60,483 nt of DNA, taken from contig JALWZX010000035.1 of NCBI GenBank assembly GCA_027002375.1, positions 1-60,483 of the forward strand, given 5' to 3'. Made by a program: the position numbers and the translations under genes. The stretch comes from a candidate division WWE3 bacterium (GTDB lineage: Bacteria; Patescibacteriota; WWE3; 2-01-FULL-39-13). This document shows positions 7,932 through 17,539 of the stretch, piece after piece. Position 1 is the stretch's first letter; each line of letters begins with the position of its first letter. The notes below the pieces were generated by a model. That model searched no databases. It was not told the DNA's origin and saw only the letters and a list, made by a program, of their open reading frames with translations.

Positions 7932-9413
7932 TTAATAATTTTCTGGTAAATCGTTTTCGATCAAAATAACAGGATTTTTTAAGCCTAGTTTTTCTAGTGT
8001 TGAGTTTAAATTTTTAATGCTATTTATGTAATTTATTTTTTTACGATCTACCTTATTAGCTAGTGCATTTGTTTTCTCATTTTTACCAACTAAAATTACT
8101 ACATCACAAACTTTATTTACTAATTCACTAAGTTCTTTATGAATTTCAATGGTTCTGTTTCCTAATTCCACAATGCCAGGTGTAACAATTATTCTTGTAT
8201 TTTTGTTAAAAGACTTTAATAAATCTAGCGCAACTTTAAATCCAGATACATTACTGCTGTATGAATCATCTATCAAAACTTTATCTTTCAAGTATTTTAC
8301 TTCTAATCTGTGCGAAACTGGTTTTAGATTTTTAACCGCATCACGAATGTTTGCATAACTTACACCTAGCTTTTTAGCCATTATTGTACTGGCTAGCAAA
8401 TTCGAAACATTTCCTAAACCTGCGATTGTCAAATTTTGAAACGCAAATTTTTTACCGTCAACTATAAAATCTACTGATAATTTGCCATTTGAATATTTCA
8501 TATTTTCATAATAATTATATGTAAAATTCTGTGATGGGCGGTTGTTGTTTTGGTAAAGGCTTTTATCACTTTGAACATTTTCTTTAACATTTTTTGGTGG
8601 AATTCCACCGTATAATATCGCGTTATCGGTAAATTTTAAATAATTTTGCTTAACATTTTGGTTATCAATGTTTAGTAATTTAAGAGATTCTTTACAATTC
8701 TTATCAACAGCTTTAATCAATTCAAATTTAGCCCTTATGGTATTTTTGATTGAACCAAATCGTTCTAAATGTTGCTCATTAATGCCTGTTAAAATAGCAT
8801 GATCAGGTAAAACCACATCACACAACTCCTTTATCTCGCCCCGCTTATATGCACCCATCTCACATATAAATATGTCGTAAGAGTCAGATAACTCTAAATC
8901 AACAACCTTATAAATTCCAAACAAAGTATTATAACTGTCAGGCGTTTTTAAAACCTTAAATTCAGTTTTCAAAATTTTATACAAGAATTCTTTAGTAGTT
9001 GTTTTACCAAAAGACCCTGTAATTCCTATAACAATTAAACCTTTAGATTTCAGTCTTAGAATTTTTGCCTTAACATTTCTTTTAACCAACACCCTATTCA
9101 GATATTCATAAGGCATTCTTGTTACCAAACTCGTCAACAAAAATATATATGGTTGTGTAATAAGAAGTATCCAAACGATAAAACCGACAATGCTACCGAA
9201 GTAAAGTAAAAATAACAACGCCAAAACCATATATAAGATTGAAACACGCATTAAAAACTTAGCTTTTGACGTATAAACTAAGGGTTTCTTATTTTCAACA
9301 GATCTCACAAAATAATTTCTAAAAACCCACTTTATAAACCGTCTCGCTTTGTAACCTTCAAGTTGCAAAATATGTAAATGTAATTTTAACGGAACAAATT
9401 TTTCAAGCATCAT
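7932..9413 (-). CDS. murF: Mur ligase family protein, MurF-like (UDP-MurNAc-tripeptide--D-Ala-D-Ala ligase) with hydrophobic N-terminal extension
   Basis: P-loop GITGSFGKTTTKE, Mur-ligase middle and C-terminal layout, convergent neighbour of ddl. Residues ~52-100 are two predicted TM helices. Confidence 0.7.
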   Translation of the reverse strand: MMLEKFVPLKLHLHILQLEGYKARRFIKWVFRNYFVRSVENKKPLVYTSKAKFLMRVSILYMVLALLFLLYFGSIVGFIVWILLITQPYIFLLTSLVTRMPYEYLNRVLVKRNVKAKILRLKSKGLIVIGITGSFGKTTTKEFLYKILKTEFKVLKTPDSYNTLFGIYKVVDLELSDSYDIFICEMGAYKRGEIKELCDVVLPDHAILTGINEQHLERFGSIKNTIRAKFELIKAVDKNCKESLKLLNIDNQNVKQNYLKFTDNAILYGGIPPKNVKENVQSDKSLYQNNNRPSQNFTYNYYENMKYSNGKLSVDFIVDGKKFAFQNLTIAGLGNVSNLLASTIMAKKLGVSYANIRDAVKNLKPVSHRLEVKYLKDKVLIDDSYSSNVSGFKVALDLLKSFNKNTRIIVTPGIVELGNRTIEIHKELSELVNKVCDVVILVGKNEKTNALANKVDRKKINYINSIKNLNSTLEKLGLKNPVILIENDLPENY

Positions 9414-9432
9414 ATTATAACGTTACGTTGTT

Positions 9433-10166
9433 TTAACCACTTAAAAACTCTTGAACAATTTCTAAAAAATCATTTGGCCTATCTATGTGTGGGTGATGTT
9501 TTGCGCCCCAAACAATTCGCACATCACTATTTGGTATAAGGTTGTGAAAAACTTTGTCAGGTTCACATTTAGAATCTCGTCACGACTTCCCCATAAAATT
9601 AAAGTTCGGCAATTAATATTTGGTAGTAGAGTTTCAAAATTCTCGTTAACGACTTTAATAAATATATCTTTCATTGTGCTTGCGGTTTTAAAGTCAGAAC
9701 TCCCGATATGTTTACTTACAGCTCCTTTTACCATTTTAGGCGAAAAAGTTTTTAACGGTTTATACAATTTAACTAACGCCTTCTTATATTTTGATGTGGA
9801 ATTCACACCTGCACTATCAACTAAAATCAGATTCTCCACAATGTCATATTTAGATGCTAGCAAAATACTAATTCGCCCACCAAACGAATGCCCAATTACA
9901 TTAAAATTCTTAATGCCTAAGGAATTTGTAAAATCAATTACAAACCTTGCATAATCATAAGTGCCCCATGTTGTAACAGGTTGCGCGCTTTGTCCAAACC
10001 CAGGAAGATCTACCAAAACAATCTTATAATTCTTAGAAAGAGCAGTAGAAATATTACGCCAGTCGGCCAAAGAACATTTCCAACCATGAAGAATTACAAT
10101 AACAGACGAGTTATCTTCACCATAAAGTTCATAATTTATTAACAAGTCATTAATTGTTGTAAACAT
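9433..10166 (-). pseudogene. Alpha/beta hydrolase interrupted by a single frameshift (or assembly indel)
   Basis: Main frame has HGW, GHSFGG and ILWGSRDE, then ends in atypical sequence at 9483. An adjacent frame, open from 9579 to the TAA at 9433-9435, reads PDKVFHNLIPNSDVRIVWGAKHHPHIDRPNDFLEIVQEFLSG. That is a typical hydrolase C-terminus and includes the catalytic His. Confidence 0.6.
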
Positions 10167-10167
10167 A

Positions 10168-10259
10168 TATTCGTTTTTATGGCCAACACCAGTGCTTGCA
10201 TTAAGCTATAGTAGCGCTAAGTGTATTTGCCCAAATCACACTATCCATAAAAACGAATA
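10168..10259. repeat. 15-bp perfect inverted repeat (TATTCGTTTTTATGG / CCATAAAAACGAATA) around a 62-nt spacer
   Basis: Read directly. Lies between the fic stop (10437) and the hydrolase start (10166). Confidence 0.6.
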
Positions 10260-10436
10260 GTCATGCTTATTATCACAAAAGTTAGGTTGTACTTAACATA
10301 GTTATGGGAATATATAGTTAGTATTTGGTGTTAACCATTATTAAGTCAACTTTATAATAATTGACACCATTGTAAAGTTTAGTGTGTAATGTGGAATAAA
10401 GTTTCAGAAGCTTTATGCAAATTTCTTCAGTCAAAT

Positions 10437-11567
10437 TTAATCAATAAAAGCTTCGAAGTATTTTCGATAGATGTATTTCCTAGCATAATTTTTCTCATTT
10501 TTATAAATTTCTAATATTCCTAATATTATAAGTCTGTCAATAACCTTTTGAGCACCAGGTCGTGTAAAACCAGTTGCGCTCATAACACTTTTTGTATTTA
10601 CGATTGGATTAGAAAATAGAAAATGCAGTACTTTCATACTACTTTCTGACTCTCTTTTGGTTAACATTTGTATTTTCTCCATGTCTTGATCACGTATAGC
10701 ACGAATTTTTTTTGATACAACTATACTGTCTTGTGCTGTTTGTTCAACAGCATCTAAGAAAAATTCTAGCCATACAAAAACATTGCCATTATGATAGGCA
10801 TTAAGTCGATCGTAATAGAGTTGTCTATGCCTTTTAAAAAAGGATGACAAAAACAAAACTGGATTCTCTAATAATTCCTTTTTTAAAAAGAGAAAAGTGA
10901 TTAACAGGCGACCCGTTCTACCATTGCCGTCCAAAAATGGGTGAATAGTTTCAAATTGTGCGTGAGCATATGCTATGTGAATGAGTGGTGTCGTTATTGT
11001 ATCGTTATGCAAAAACTTTTCTAAATCATCAAGTGCCTTGTGCATATACATTGGCGGTGGTGGTACAAAGATTGCATTTTTAAGTGTTGCTGCACCAATC
11101 CAGTTTTGGGATTTACGAAATTCTCCAGGAGTAGATGGCTGTGTTTCTCTCGCTCCTTGCATTAACTCCTTGTGTAATTCTTTAATAAATCTTAAAGATA
11201 CAGGGAAGTTTTTTAGTCTTTCAATGCCATAGTTTAGCGCCTTAATATAAAAAATTATGTCATAAGCGTCACCACCTTTATTATCTCCCGCGGAAATTTC
11301 AAGTGCATCCGCCATGGTTGCTTGTGTTCCCTCGATTTGAGATGACGATGTAGCATCTTTAAATGCAAACATTTTAAGGAAAAATTCTATATCAGGTAGT
11401 GTTTGTGTTATTCCATCTAATTTCCCTATTAACCTTTCCGCGTTAGCTGCTTTATTCAGCAATCGTTGATCAACCAGGAACATTTCCTTCTGTGGAAATG
11501 ACTCTGGTAAAGAAGCAATATATCCTGATGGTTGTTTTACTTTTTTGCAAATTATAAATTTTTTCAT
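10437..11567 (-). CDS. Fic/DOC family protein (AMPylase-type) with Fic_N-like N-terminus and C-terminal winged-helix-like region
   Basis: Canonical motif HPFLDGNGRTGRLL and the upstream SSSQIEGT motif. Confidence 0.9.
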   Translation of the reverse strand: MKKFIICKKVKQPSGYIASLPESFPQKEMFLVDQRLLNKAANAERLIGKLDGITQTLPDIEFFLKMFAFKDATSSSQIEGTQATMADALEISAGDNKGGDAYDIIFYIKALNYGIERLKNFPVSLRFIKELHKELMQGARETQPSTPGEFRKSQNWIGAATLKNAIFVPPPPMYMHKALDDLEKFLHNDTITTPLIHIAYAHAQFETIHPFLDGNGRTGRLLITFLFLKKELLENPVLFLSSFFKRHRQLYYDRLNAYHNGNVFVWLEFFLDAVEQTAQDSIVVSKKIRAIRDQDMEKIQMLTKRESESSMKVLHFLFSNPIVNTKSVMSATGFTRPGAQKVIDRLIILGILEIYKNEKNYARKYIYRKYFEAFID

Positions 11568-11808
11568 TTTAGTTTACATCTACCCAACAGATATAAACTA
11601 TATTAGCCTTTAGTTTACATCTTGTCAAGAATGCAAACTAATTTCACTCAAATATTTCAATTTTGTAATGGATTCTAGCGTACGTACTACACGCTTTGAT
11701 TTTTATACTGGTGGTACCTTTTGGATGAAATCCGAACTTATTTTGAAGAAAATTCTGAATAGGAAGCGGAATGCTTCAAATTCAGCCGAAAATGCAAAAA
11801 TCGCAAAA

Positions 11809-11896
11809 TGGCGGAGGGGGTGGGATTCGAACCCACGTGGCCCGAAGGCCGCAAGCTTTTCGAGAGCTGCCAGTTAAACCACTCCTGCACCCCTCC
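11809..11896 (-). tRNA. tRNA-Ser (anticodon CGA), class II with long variable arm, CCA encoded
   Basis: The reverse complement folds as acceptor GGAGGGG/CCCCTCC, anticodon loop CTCGAAA, variable arm GGCC-TTCG-GGCC and T-arm GTGGG-TTCGAAT-CCCAC. Confidence 0.85.
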
Positions 11897-12126
11897 TCCA
11901 CAGACCATACTTGATTATATCCTGAACAACACATAATGTGAATAATTGTAAAGAGGTCTTATTTCTACTTTGCGTTTAATGCAAACACTGGATTTTAAAA
12001 GATTAACGCGTGTATTTAATACGGTATTTTTCTAAATCGTATCATCGTCAAGATTTCAATACTTCTCGATCATAATTTTATGCTACTATTAAACCGATTA
12101 TCAGTTATGCTTTTTGAGTTCAAGAG

Positions 12127-12963
12127 ATGTCTATAAAGAATACAAACCTAACAATTGAAGACATATTAGAAGCACTGTCATTACCAACCAATCAATTTAA
12201 TGCTTTTTTAAAATCATTTGAAGAATCATATACAGATGCAAGAGTCGCCAAAAAACATGAGAAACATATTTATAATGACATGGACATGATTTTTGAAGTT
12301 TTATATAGCTTTTATGTTGATAGGTTAGGTGACAGAGCGTTTGGTAATTTTATTCAAGAGCTTAACTTAATTTCTTTAGATGCCAAAACAACTCAAGCCT
12401 TATATAATTTGCTTAGATTGTTGAAAAAGATGTTATGGATATCAGATGTTCACTTATTATATCGATATGTACAAGAACTAATGATTATATATTCTTCGAG
12501 TATATTTTTTTCTAACGGAAACTTAAAGATGGCAGGATATCGCTTATTATCAGAAATGATATTTGCATTAACCATTTTGGAGTGGAGACTCCGCAGTAAG
12601 CGTGGTAAACAAGAGACTATAAAATATCTAGGTATAGATAACGCGGACAAGCTCGTTAATATTGTTGATGAAGTGGAGTTTGCGTTTATAGCGTTGTATG
12701 AATATCTAATGGATGTTGAATATGCATATACTGAAACTCATACAGCTCAGTTAGAACATAACAGAGATTTGCATGGATATAAGTATAGAAAGAATTCAAC
12801 CGAAACTCATGATAAGTTTTTAAAACATGTTAGACGGGGCATAGAATTATTTTTTTCTGGATATTGGTTTGATAATATTTTAGATAAACACGGTATGCTT
12901 AAAGAACTTCGTAGTGCGGTGAGAGAGCGTAAGTATCGTAAAATAAAAGATGCGAGACGGTAA
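12127..12963 (+). CDS. Hypothetical protein (all-helical, no recognised family)
   Basis: 278-aa ORF lying between two tRNA genes. Confidence 0.45.
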   Translation: MSIKNTNLTIEDILEALSLPTNQFNAFLKSFEESYTDARVAKKHEKHIYNDMDMIFEVLYSFYVDRLGDRAFGNFIQELNLISLDAKTTQALYNLLRLLKKMLWISDVHLLYRYVQELMIIYSSSIFFSNGNLKMAGYRLLSEMIFALTILEWRLRSKRGKQETIKYLGIDNADKLVNIVDEVEFAFIALYEYLMDVEYAYTETHTAQLEHNRDLHGYKYRKNSTETHDKFLKHVRRGIELFFSGYWFDNILDKHGMLKELRSAVRERKYRKIKDARR

Positions 12964-12990
12964 GCTAGCTTTATGAGTATTAGAGATCGT

Positions 12991-13067
12991 GCACCCATAG
13001 CTCAGCTGGATAGAGCGCAACTTTGCGGAAGTTGAGGTCGCAGGTTCGAATCCTGCTGGGTGCGCCA
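12991..13067 (+). tRNA. tRNA-Arg (anticodon GCG), CCA encoded
   Basis: Acceptor GCACCCA/TGGGTGC, D-arm GCTC-AGCTGGATA-GAGC, anticodon stem CAACT/AGTTG with loop TTGCGGA, and T-arm GCAGG-TTCGAAT-CCTGC. Confidence 0.85.
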
Positions 13068-13094
13068 GAATATAAATGTACTATAATAAGTATA

Positions 13095-13907
13095 ATGATA
13101 AGAATTCTACATAAATTACATACGCCAAACAAATTAAAAAAACAGAGACTTACGAAATATGCGACATTGTTAATAGTTCTTGGTAGCCTTTTGTTTACAA
13201 CGCAGCAAACAGCCAATGCCCAAGACGCTTGCAAAGATTATCTAAGACAGCATATATCAGTTAATGGTCAAGACAATACAAAATCGCAAAATCAACAAGC
13301 ACCAGTTCCACCGCCAAGTCAACCAGGTGCTGTAAAAACGGTCGACATAAATGATCAACTAGGTAAACCTGTTAACATCCATTTTTTCACATCTCAAAAT
13401 TGCAAGGTTTGCCCAGAAATGCGAGACAATTTATATGAGTTTGATGCCATGAATCAAAAGGTAACACTTAAAGAATATGAGTTAACGCAAATTGATGCGA
13501 CCTATTTGCTTAAGAACGCAGAAAAAGTGCTCGATATTGATCTTAAAAGTGCGCCAATTATTTTTGTGGGAACTTACCCGGTTGTTGGTGCATGTAATAT
13601 TTACAATGAAGTTCCATACCTTTTGCAGTCGCTCATAAATGTTTCTAACGGCAACTCAAAATCTTTGATTGATGACTTAATTAGTTTAGGTGGAAATCAA
13701 AAGATTCTCACAGACAAAGAGATTGATACATTAAAAGAAGATTATAATATTGTTGAGAAAACAAGTGATCAAGATGATAACGCCAAATCTCAAGACAAAG
13801 AAGTTACCCCAACTCCACAACAAAATAATCAACAAACACAACGCGCACAAGTATCATTTTTTGAAAGATTAATATTGCTCATAAAACATTTATTGGGAAT
13901 TCAATAG
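13095..13907 (+). CDS. Secreted/anchored hypothetical protein with CxxC (thioredoxin-like?) motif
   Basis: Start moved to ATG 13095 because the track start at 13023 lies inside tRNA-Arg. Signal-like LLIVLGSLLFTTQQTANA; FFTSQNCKVCPEM contains a CxxC. Confidence 0.55.
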   Translation: MIRILHKLHTPNKLKKQRLTKYATLLIVLGSLLFTTQQTANAQDACKDYLRQHISVNGQDNTKSQNQQAPVPPPSQPGAVKTVDINDQLGKPVNIHFFTSQNCKVCPEMRDNLYEFDAMNQKVTLKEYELTQIDATYLLKNAEKVLDIDLKSAPIIFVGTYPVVGACNIYNEVPYLLQSLINVSNGNSKSLIDDLISLGGNQKILTDKEIDTLKEDYNIVEKTSDQDDNAKSQDKEVTPTPQQNNQQTQRAQVSFFERLILLIKHLLGIQ

Positions 13908-13912
13908 TATAT

Positions 13913-13993
13913 ATGAAACGCCACTGGCTAAAGTCCGCGGGTTCTTATGATGATAAGTTCCAAAGTGTGTGGTTTTAAGTTTGGCGATAATAA
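13913..13993 (+). repeat. Double-hairpin repeat, copy B (shorter, diverged, internal deletion)
   Basis: Shares the ATGAAAC start, the CCAC.GGCTAAAG.CCG.GG hairpin and the GGTTTTAAGTTTGGCGATAATAA end with copies A and C. Begins 6 nt after a stop codon. Confidence 0.7.
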
Positions 13994-14147
13994 GTATGTT
14001 TGGCTAACAAGAAGAATTAGGCTTAAACACACTTAGATAATTAAGAAATCCAGCAGGTTAATTAAGGTTGATGAATCTTGTATTTTCTACCAAACCAAAC
14101 CCGGACATACTTCTCGACCGCACCATTTTTCGTGCTACAATCAACAC

Positions 14148-16016
14148 ATGAACAATATTGATCGAGTAAAAGAAAAAATTGACATCGTAGATTTGGTAAG
14201 TACATATGTTCCTTTAAAAAGATCAGGTAGAAACTACAAAGGTTTATGCCCTTTTCACAATGAAAAAACGCCATCTTTCATGGTTTCCCCGGAACTTCAG
14301 ATTTTCAAGTGTTTTGGTTGTGGCAAAGGGGGCGATATTTTTAAATTTATAATGGAAATCGAAGGTGTTGATTTTCCCGAAGCGCTCAAGATATTAGCCG
14401 ACAAGGCGGGTGTAACACTAGATTATGAATCATCCGAAAAGTATAAAAAAGAAAAAAGTATTAAACAAAAAATTATAGAAATAAATACAATAACTGAAAG
14501 ATACTATCATCTACTTCTCACAAAACATAAATACGGTAAAAAAGCTAGAGATTATCTTAAAAACAGAAATGTAACAGAAGAAATGATAAAAGAGTTTGAA
14601 TTAGGATACGCTCCTAATTCATGGTCTGCCCTTACAAAGTTTTTGCAAAAAAAGGGTTATTCCAAAGATGATATAGTTCTTGCTGGACTTGCAAAATATA
14701 AAAATAATAAAAAAGATACATATGATGTTTTCAGAGCAAGGTTAATGTTTCCTCTTAAAGACCATTTAGATAGGGTTGTGGGTTTTTCTGCTAGGGCACT
14801 TCTGTCAAACCAAGAACCTAAATATATAAATTCTCCTGAAACGCCAGTTTTTCATAAAGATCAATTTTTGTATGGGCTAAACCTAGCAAAAACTCATATC
14901 AAACAAGAAAAGAAGGCAATCATTGTAGAAGGGCAATTTGATATGATTTCCCCCTATCAAAAAGGTGTCAAAAACATAGTTGCTTCAATGGGTACTGCCC
15001 TAACCACAAGACAAGCAGGTTTAATAAAACGTTATGCCGACACGGTAATCTTGATGCTAGATAGCGACACTGCCGGTGTTACCGCAGCACTGCGAGGTAT
15101 TGAAGCTATAAAAATGCAGGAGTTAAACATTTTTGTTGTGCAGTTGCCTAAAAAATATAAAGATCCAGATGAATTGGCACAAGAGAGTATTAGCAAACTC
15201 AAAGACTTGATAACTGACGCCATGCCAATTTGGGATTTTTACTTTAAGTATGCATCAGAGATGTATAATTTTGACGATGTTTACCAAAGGCAAAAAGCAT
15301 CAATCTTTTTGCTACAAAAGATAAAACAAATTGATGATAAGGTTATGCAAGCAGAATACATTAAAAAGTTTGCTGAACTCTTTGATGTAGACGAAGAAAC
15401 TGTGATTTCCCAATTACAAAAGGTAAAAAACACACCTACTAAAATCGATCCAAACGCTAAAATACTAAATGATGATGTGGAAGTCAAAATTGATGCAATA
15501 GTTAAAGAATCTGGTATTAAAAACGCCGATATATCTGAAGTTTATCTATTAGTTCTATTGTTACAATTAGAGCCAAATGATATTAAGTTGGTTATAACAC
15601 AAGTTGAGCCAAAATATTTTGAAACAGAAGAACTAAAACAATTGTTCACGTTATTACAAGATTCAGTTAAAACAGAAGAAAACCTTGATGTTAAAGAGTT
15701 TTATGATAAACTACAGGATAACTATCCAGAAGTACATAAAGTTTTTGAAAACATTTATTTATCAGATGTATGGGAATTACGGCTGAGTTCCCCATCATCA
15801 CAGTCTAATAATTTAAATTCGTCGTCTTTTGAATATATTGAGAAAGATATTGTTTCAACAATACGAAGGCTTAAAAGGAACTTTCACGAGCGAAAGTTAA
15901 ACGAAATCGCAAAAGCACAAAAAAAAGCTGAAGCAATGTCTGATGAAAACAAATTGCAGAAATTGAAAAAACAAGCTCGATATCACGCAAAAGAAAAGTC
16001 GAATTTATCATCATAA
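14148..16016 (+). CDS. dnaG: DNA primase
   Basis: CHC2 zinc finger (CPFHNEKTPSF...CFGCGKGGD) and a TOPRIM region (IVEGQFDM...DSDTAG). Directly upstream of rpoD. Confidence 0.9.
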   Translation: MNNIDRVKEKIDIVDLVSTYVPLKRSGRNYKGLCPFHNEKTPSFMVSPELQIFKCFGCGKGGDIFKFIMEIEGVDFPEALKILADKAGVTLDYESSEKYKKEKSIKQKIIEINTITERYYHLLLTKHKYGKKARDYLKNRNVTEEMIKEFELGYAPNSWSALTKFLQKKGYSKDDIVLAGLAKYKNNKKDTYDVFRARLMFPLKDHLDRVVGFSARALLSNQEPKYINSPETPVFHKDQFLYGLNLAKTHIKQEKKAIIVEGQFDMISPYQKGVKNIVASMGTALTTRQAGLIKRYADTVILMLDSDTAGVTAALRGIEAIKMQELNIFVVQLPKKYKDPDELAQESISKLKDLITDAMPIWDFYFKYASEMYNFDDVYQRQKASIFLLQKIKQIDDKVMQAEYIKKFAELFDVDEETVISQLQKVKNTPTKIDPNAKILNDDVEVKIDAIVKESGIKNADISEVYLLVLLLQLEPNDIKLVITQVEPKYFETEELKQLFTLLQDSVKTEENLDVKEFYDKLQDNYPEVHKVFENIYLSDVWELRLSSPSSQSNNLNSSSFEYIEKDIVSTIRRLKRNFHERKLNEIAKAQKKAEAMSDENKLQKLKKQARYHAKEKSNLSS

Positions 16017-16019
16017 TAT

Positions 16020-17537
16020 ATGGCAACAGCGAAAGCTAAACCCAACAAAAAAGATTCTGCCAAAACGTCAAAAGAAGCAAAAGCTTTAAAAAGTAAGAAA
16101 AATGCACCAAAGAAGCAGATGAAAAAAGATAAAAAAGAAACTAAAGCTACGAAAGATAGTGTTTCTAAGAGTAAAACCGATACTAAAGTAAAGGTTAAAG
16201 CAAGCAAAACAAAAGAGCCAACAACAAAAGACACAGGCAAAAAAGATACAGAAAAATCACAGGGGCAACCGAATCTTCGTGATAACCCGAGAATAAAAAA
16301 TTTAGTAAATAAAGGTAGAAGCAAAGGTTTTGTTACGTACGATGAACTATTACGTGTAATTCCAGAAGCTGAAGAAAACATAGAGTTACTAGATGAACTA
16401 TACTCAATTTTCATTGAAGAAAAAATTGATGTAATGGAAGATCTGTCTGAAGTTGAATCTGTAAAAGATTTAGATCTCTCAGCATTAGAAAAAGAATTAA
16501 AAGAAACAACATTAGAAAGTACGTTAGCAAGAGATGTAACAGCTGACCCAGTAAGAATGTATTTAAGGGAAATCGGACGTGAAAACTTATTAACGGCAGA
16601 ACAAGAAGTAGAACTCGCCCAAATGGTAGAGGCACATGACTATGAACTAGCAGTTCAAAAACTCATAAAAGAAGGTGCAAAAAAACCAAGAATAGATAAA
16701 ATCGCAGCGATAATGATAGAAAACTATGAAGGCAAAAAAAGACAAATAAAAAGAGCACAAGAAGCAAAAGAACAATACGAAAGATTTAAAGCAGAAGGAA
16801 AATTATTTAAAATGAGAAAAGCACGAAAAAGATTAATAAACGCAAACTTAAGACTTGTTGTTTCAATTGCAAAAAGATATATGAACAGAGGTTTAACATT
16901 CTCTGACTTAATTCAAGAGGGAAATATAGGTTTAATGAGAGCGGTAGACAAATTTGACTGGCGAAGAGGATTTAAATTCTCAACTTATGCGACATGGTGG
17001 ATACGACAGGCAATAACAAGAGCAATCGCTGATCAAGCAAGAACCATAAGAATTCCCGTGCATATGATAGAAACAATAAACAAACTAAAAAGAGTTCAAA
17101 GAGAACTAGAGCAAAAATATGAAAGAGAGCCAACAGCAGAAGAAATAGCAAAAGTAATGGACATAGAACCAGAAAAAGTTGAGGAAATACTGAAGATTTC
17201 CCAAGAACCAAACAGTCTACAAACCAAAATAGGGCCAGAAGGTGACACAGAATTATCAGAATTTATAAGTGATGACAATACAACAGGACCAGAAGATTTA
17301 GCATCAGAAGAATTATTGAAAGGCCATATAGGTGAAATCTTAGACACATTAAACGAAAGAGAACGAAAAGTTTTAGAATTAAGATTTGGTTTAGTAGACA
17401 ACAAGCCAAGAACATTAGAAGAAGTAGGAAAAGTTTTTGGCGTTACAAGAGAGAGAATAAGACAAATAGAAGCAAAAGCTTTAAGAAAATTGAGACACCC
17501 ATCAAGAAGCAGACAACTAAAAGATTATTTGGCGTAG
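16020..17537 (+). CDS. rpoD: RNA polymerase sigma-70 factor RpoD with ~90 aa Lys-rich N-terminal extension
   Basis: Region 2 ([32 protein letters not shown]), region 3, and region 4 ([20 protein letters not shown]). Confidence 0.95.
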   Translation: MATAKAKPNKKDSAKTSKEAKALKSKKNAPKKQMKKDKKETKATKDSVSKSKTDTKVKVKASKTKEPTTKDTGKKDTEKSQGQPNLRDNPRIKNLVNKGRSKGFVTYDELLRVIPEAEENIELLDELYSIFIEEKIDVMEDLSEVESVKDLDLSALEKELKETTLESTLARDVTADPVRMYLREIGRENLLTAEQEVELAQMVEAHDYELAVQKLIKEGAKKPRIDKIAAIMIENYEGKKRQIKRAQEAKEQYERFKAEGKLFKMRKARKRLINANLRLVVSIAKRYMNRGLTFSDLIQEGNIGLMRAVDKFDWRRGFKFSTYATWWIRQAITRAIADQARTIRIPVHMIETINKLKRVQRELEQKYEREPTAEEIAKVMDIEPEKVEEILKISQEPNSLQTKIGPEGDTELSEFISDDNTTGPEDLASEELLKGHIGEILDTLNERERKVLELRFGLVDNKPRTLEEVGKVFGVTRERIRQIEAKALRKLRHPSRSRQLKDYLA

Positions 17538-17539
17538 AT

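Noticed and set aside
11668-11877. 69-aa plus-strand ORF
   Set aside because: Its 3' part is the antisense of tRNA-Ser (…WRRGWDSNPRGP…). It is an artefact of the tRNA sequence.
12980-13234. 84-aa minus-strand ORF and the 13023 start of the plus-strand ORF
   Set aside because: Both overlap tRNA-Arg (12991-13067). The plus-strand gene more plausibly starts at ATG 13095, just before its signal-peptide-like segment.
15983-17404. Several minus-strand ORFs (15983..16414, 16411..16635, 16972..17211, 17096..17404)
   Set aside because: They are antisense to dnaG/rpoD. Their Leu/Phe/Ser-rich shadow translations are produced by the Lys/Glu-rich sense frame.
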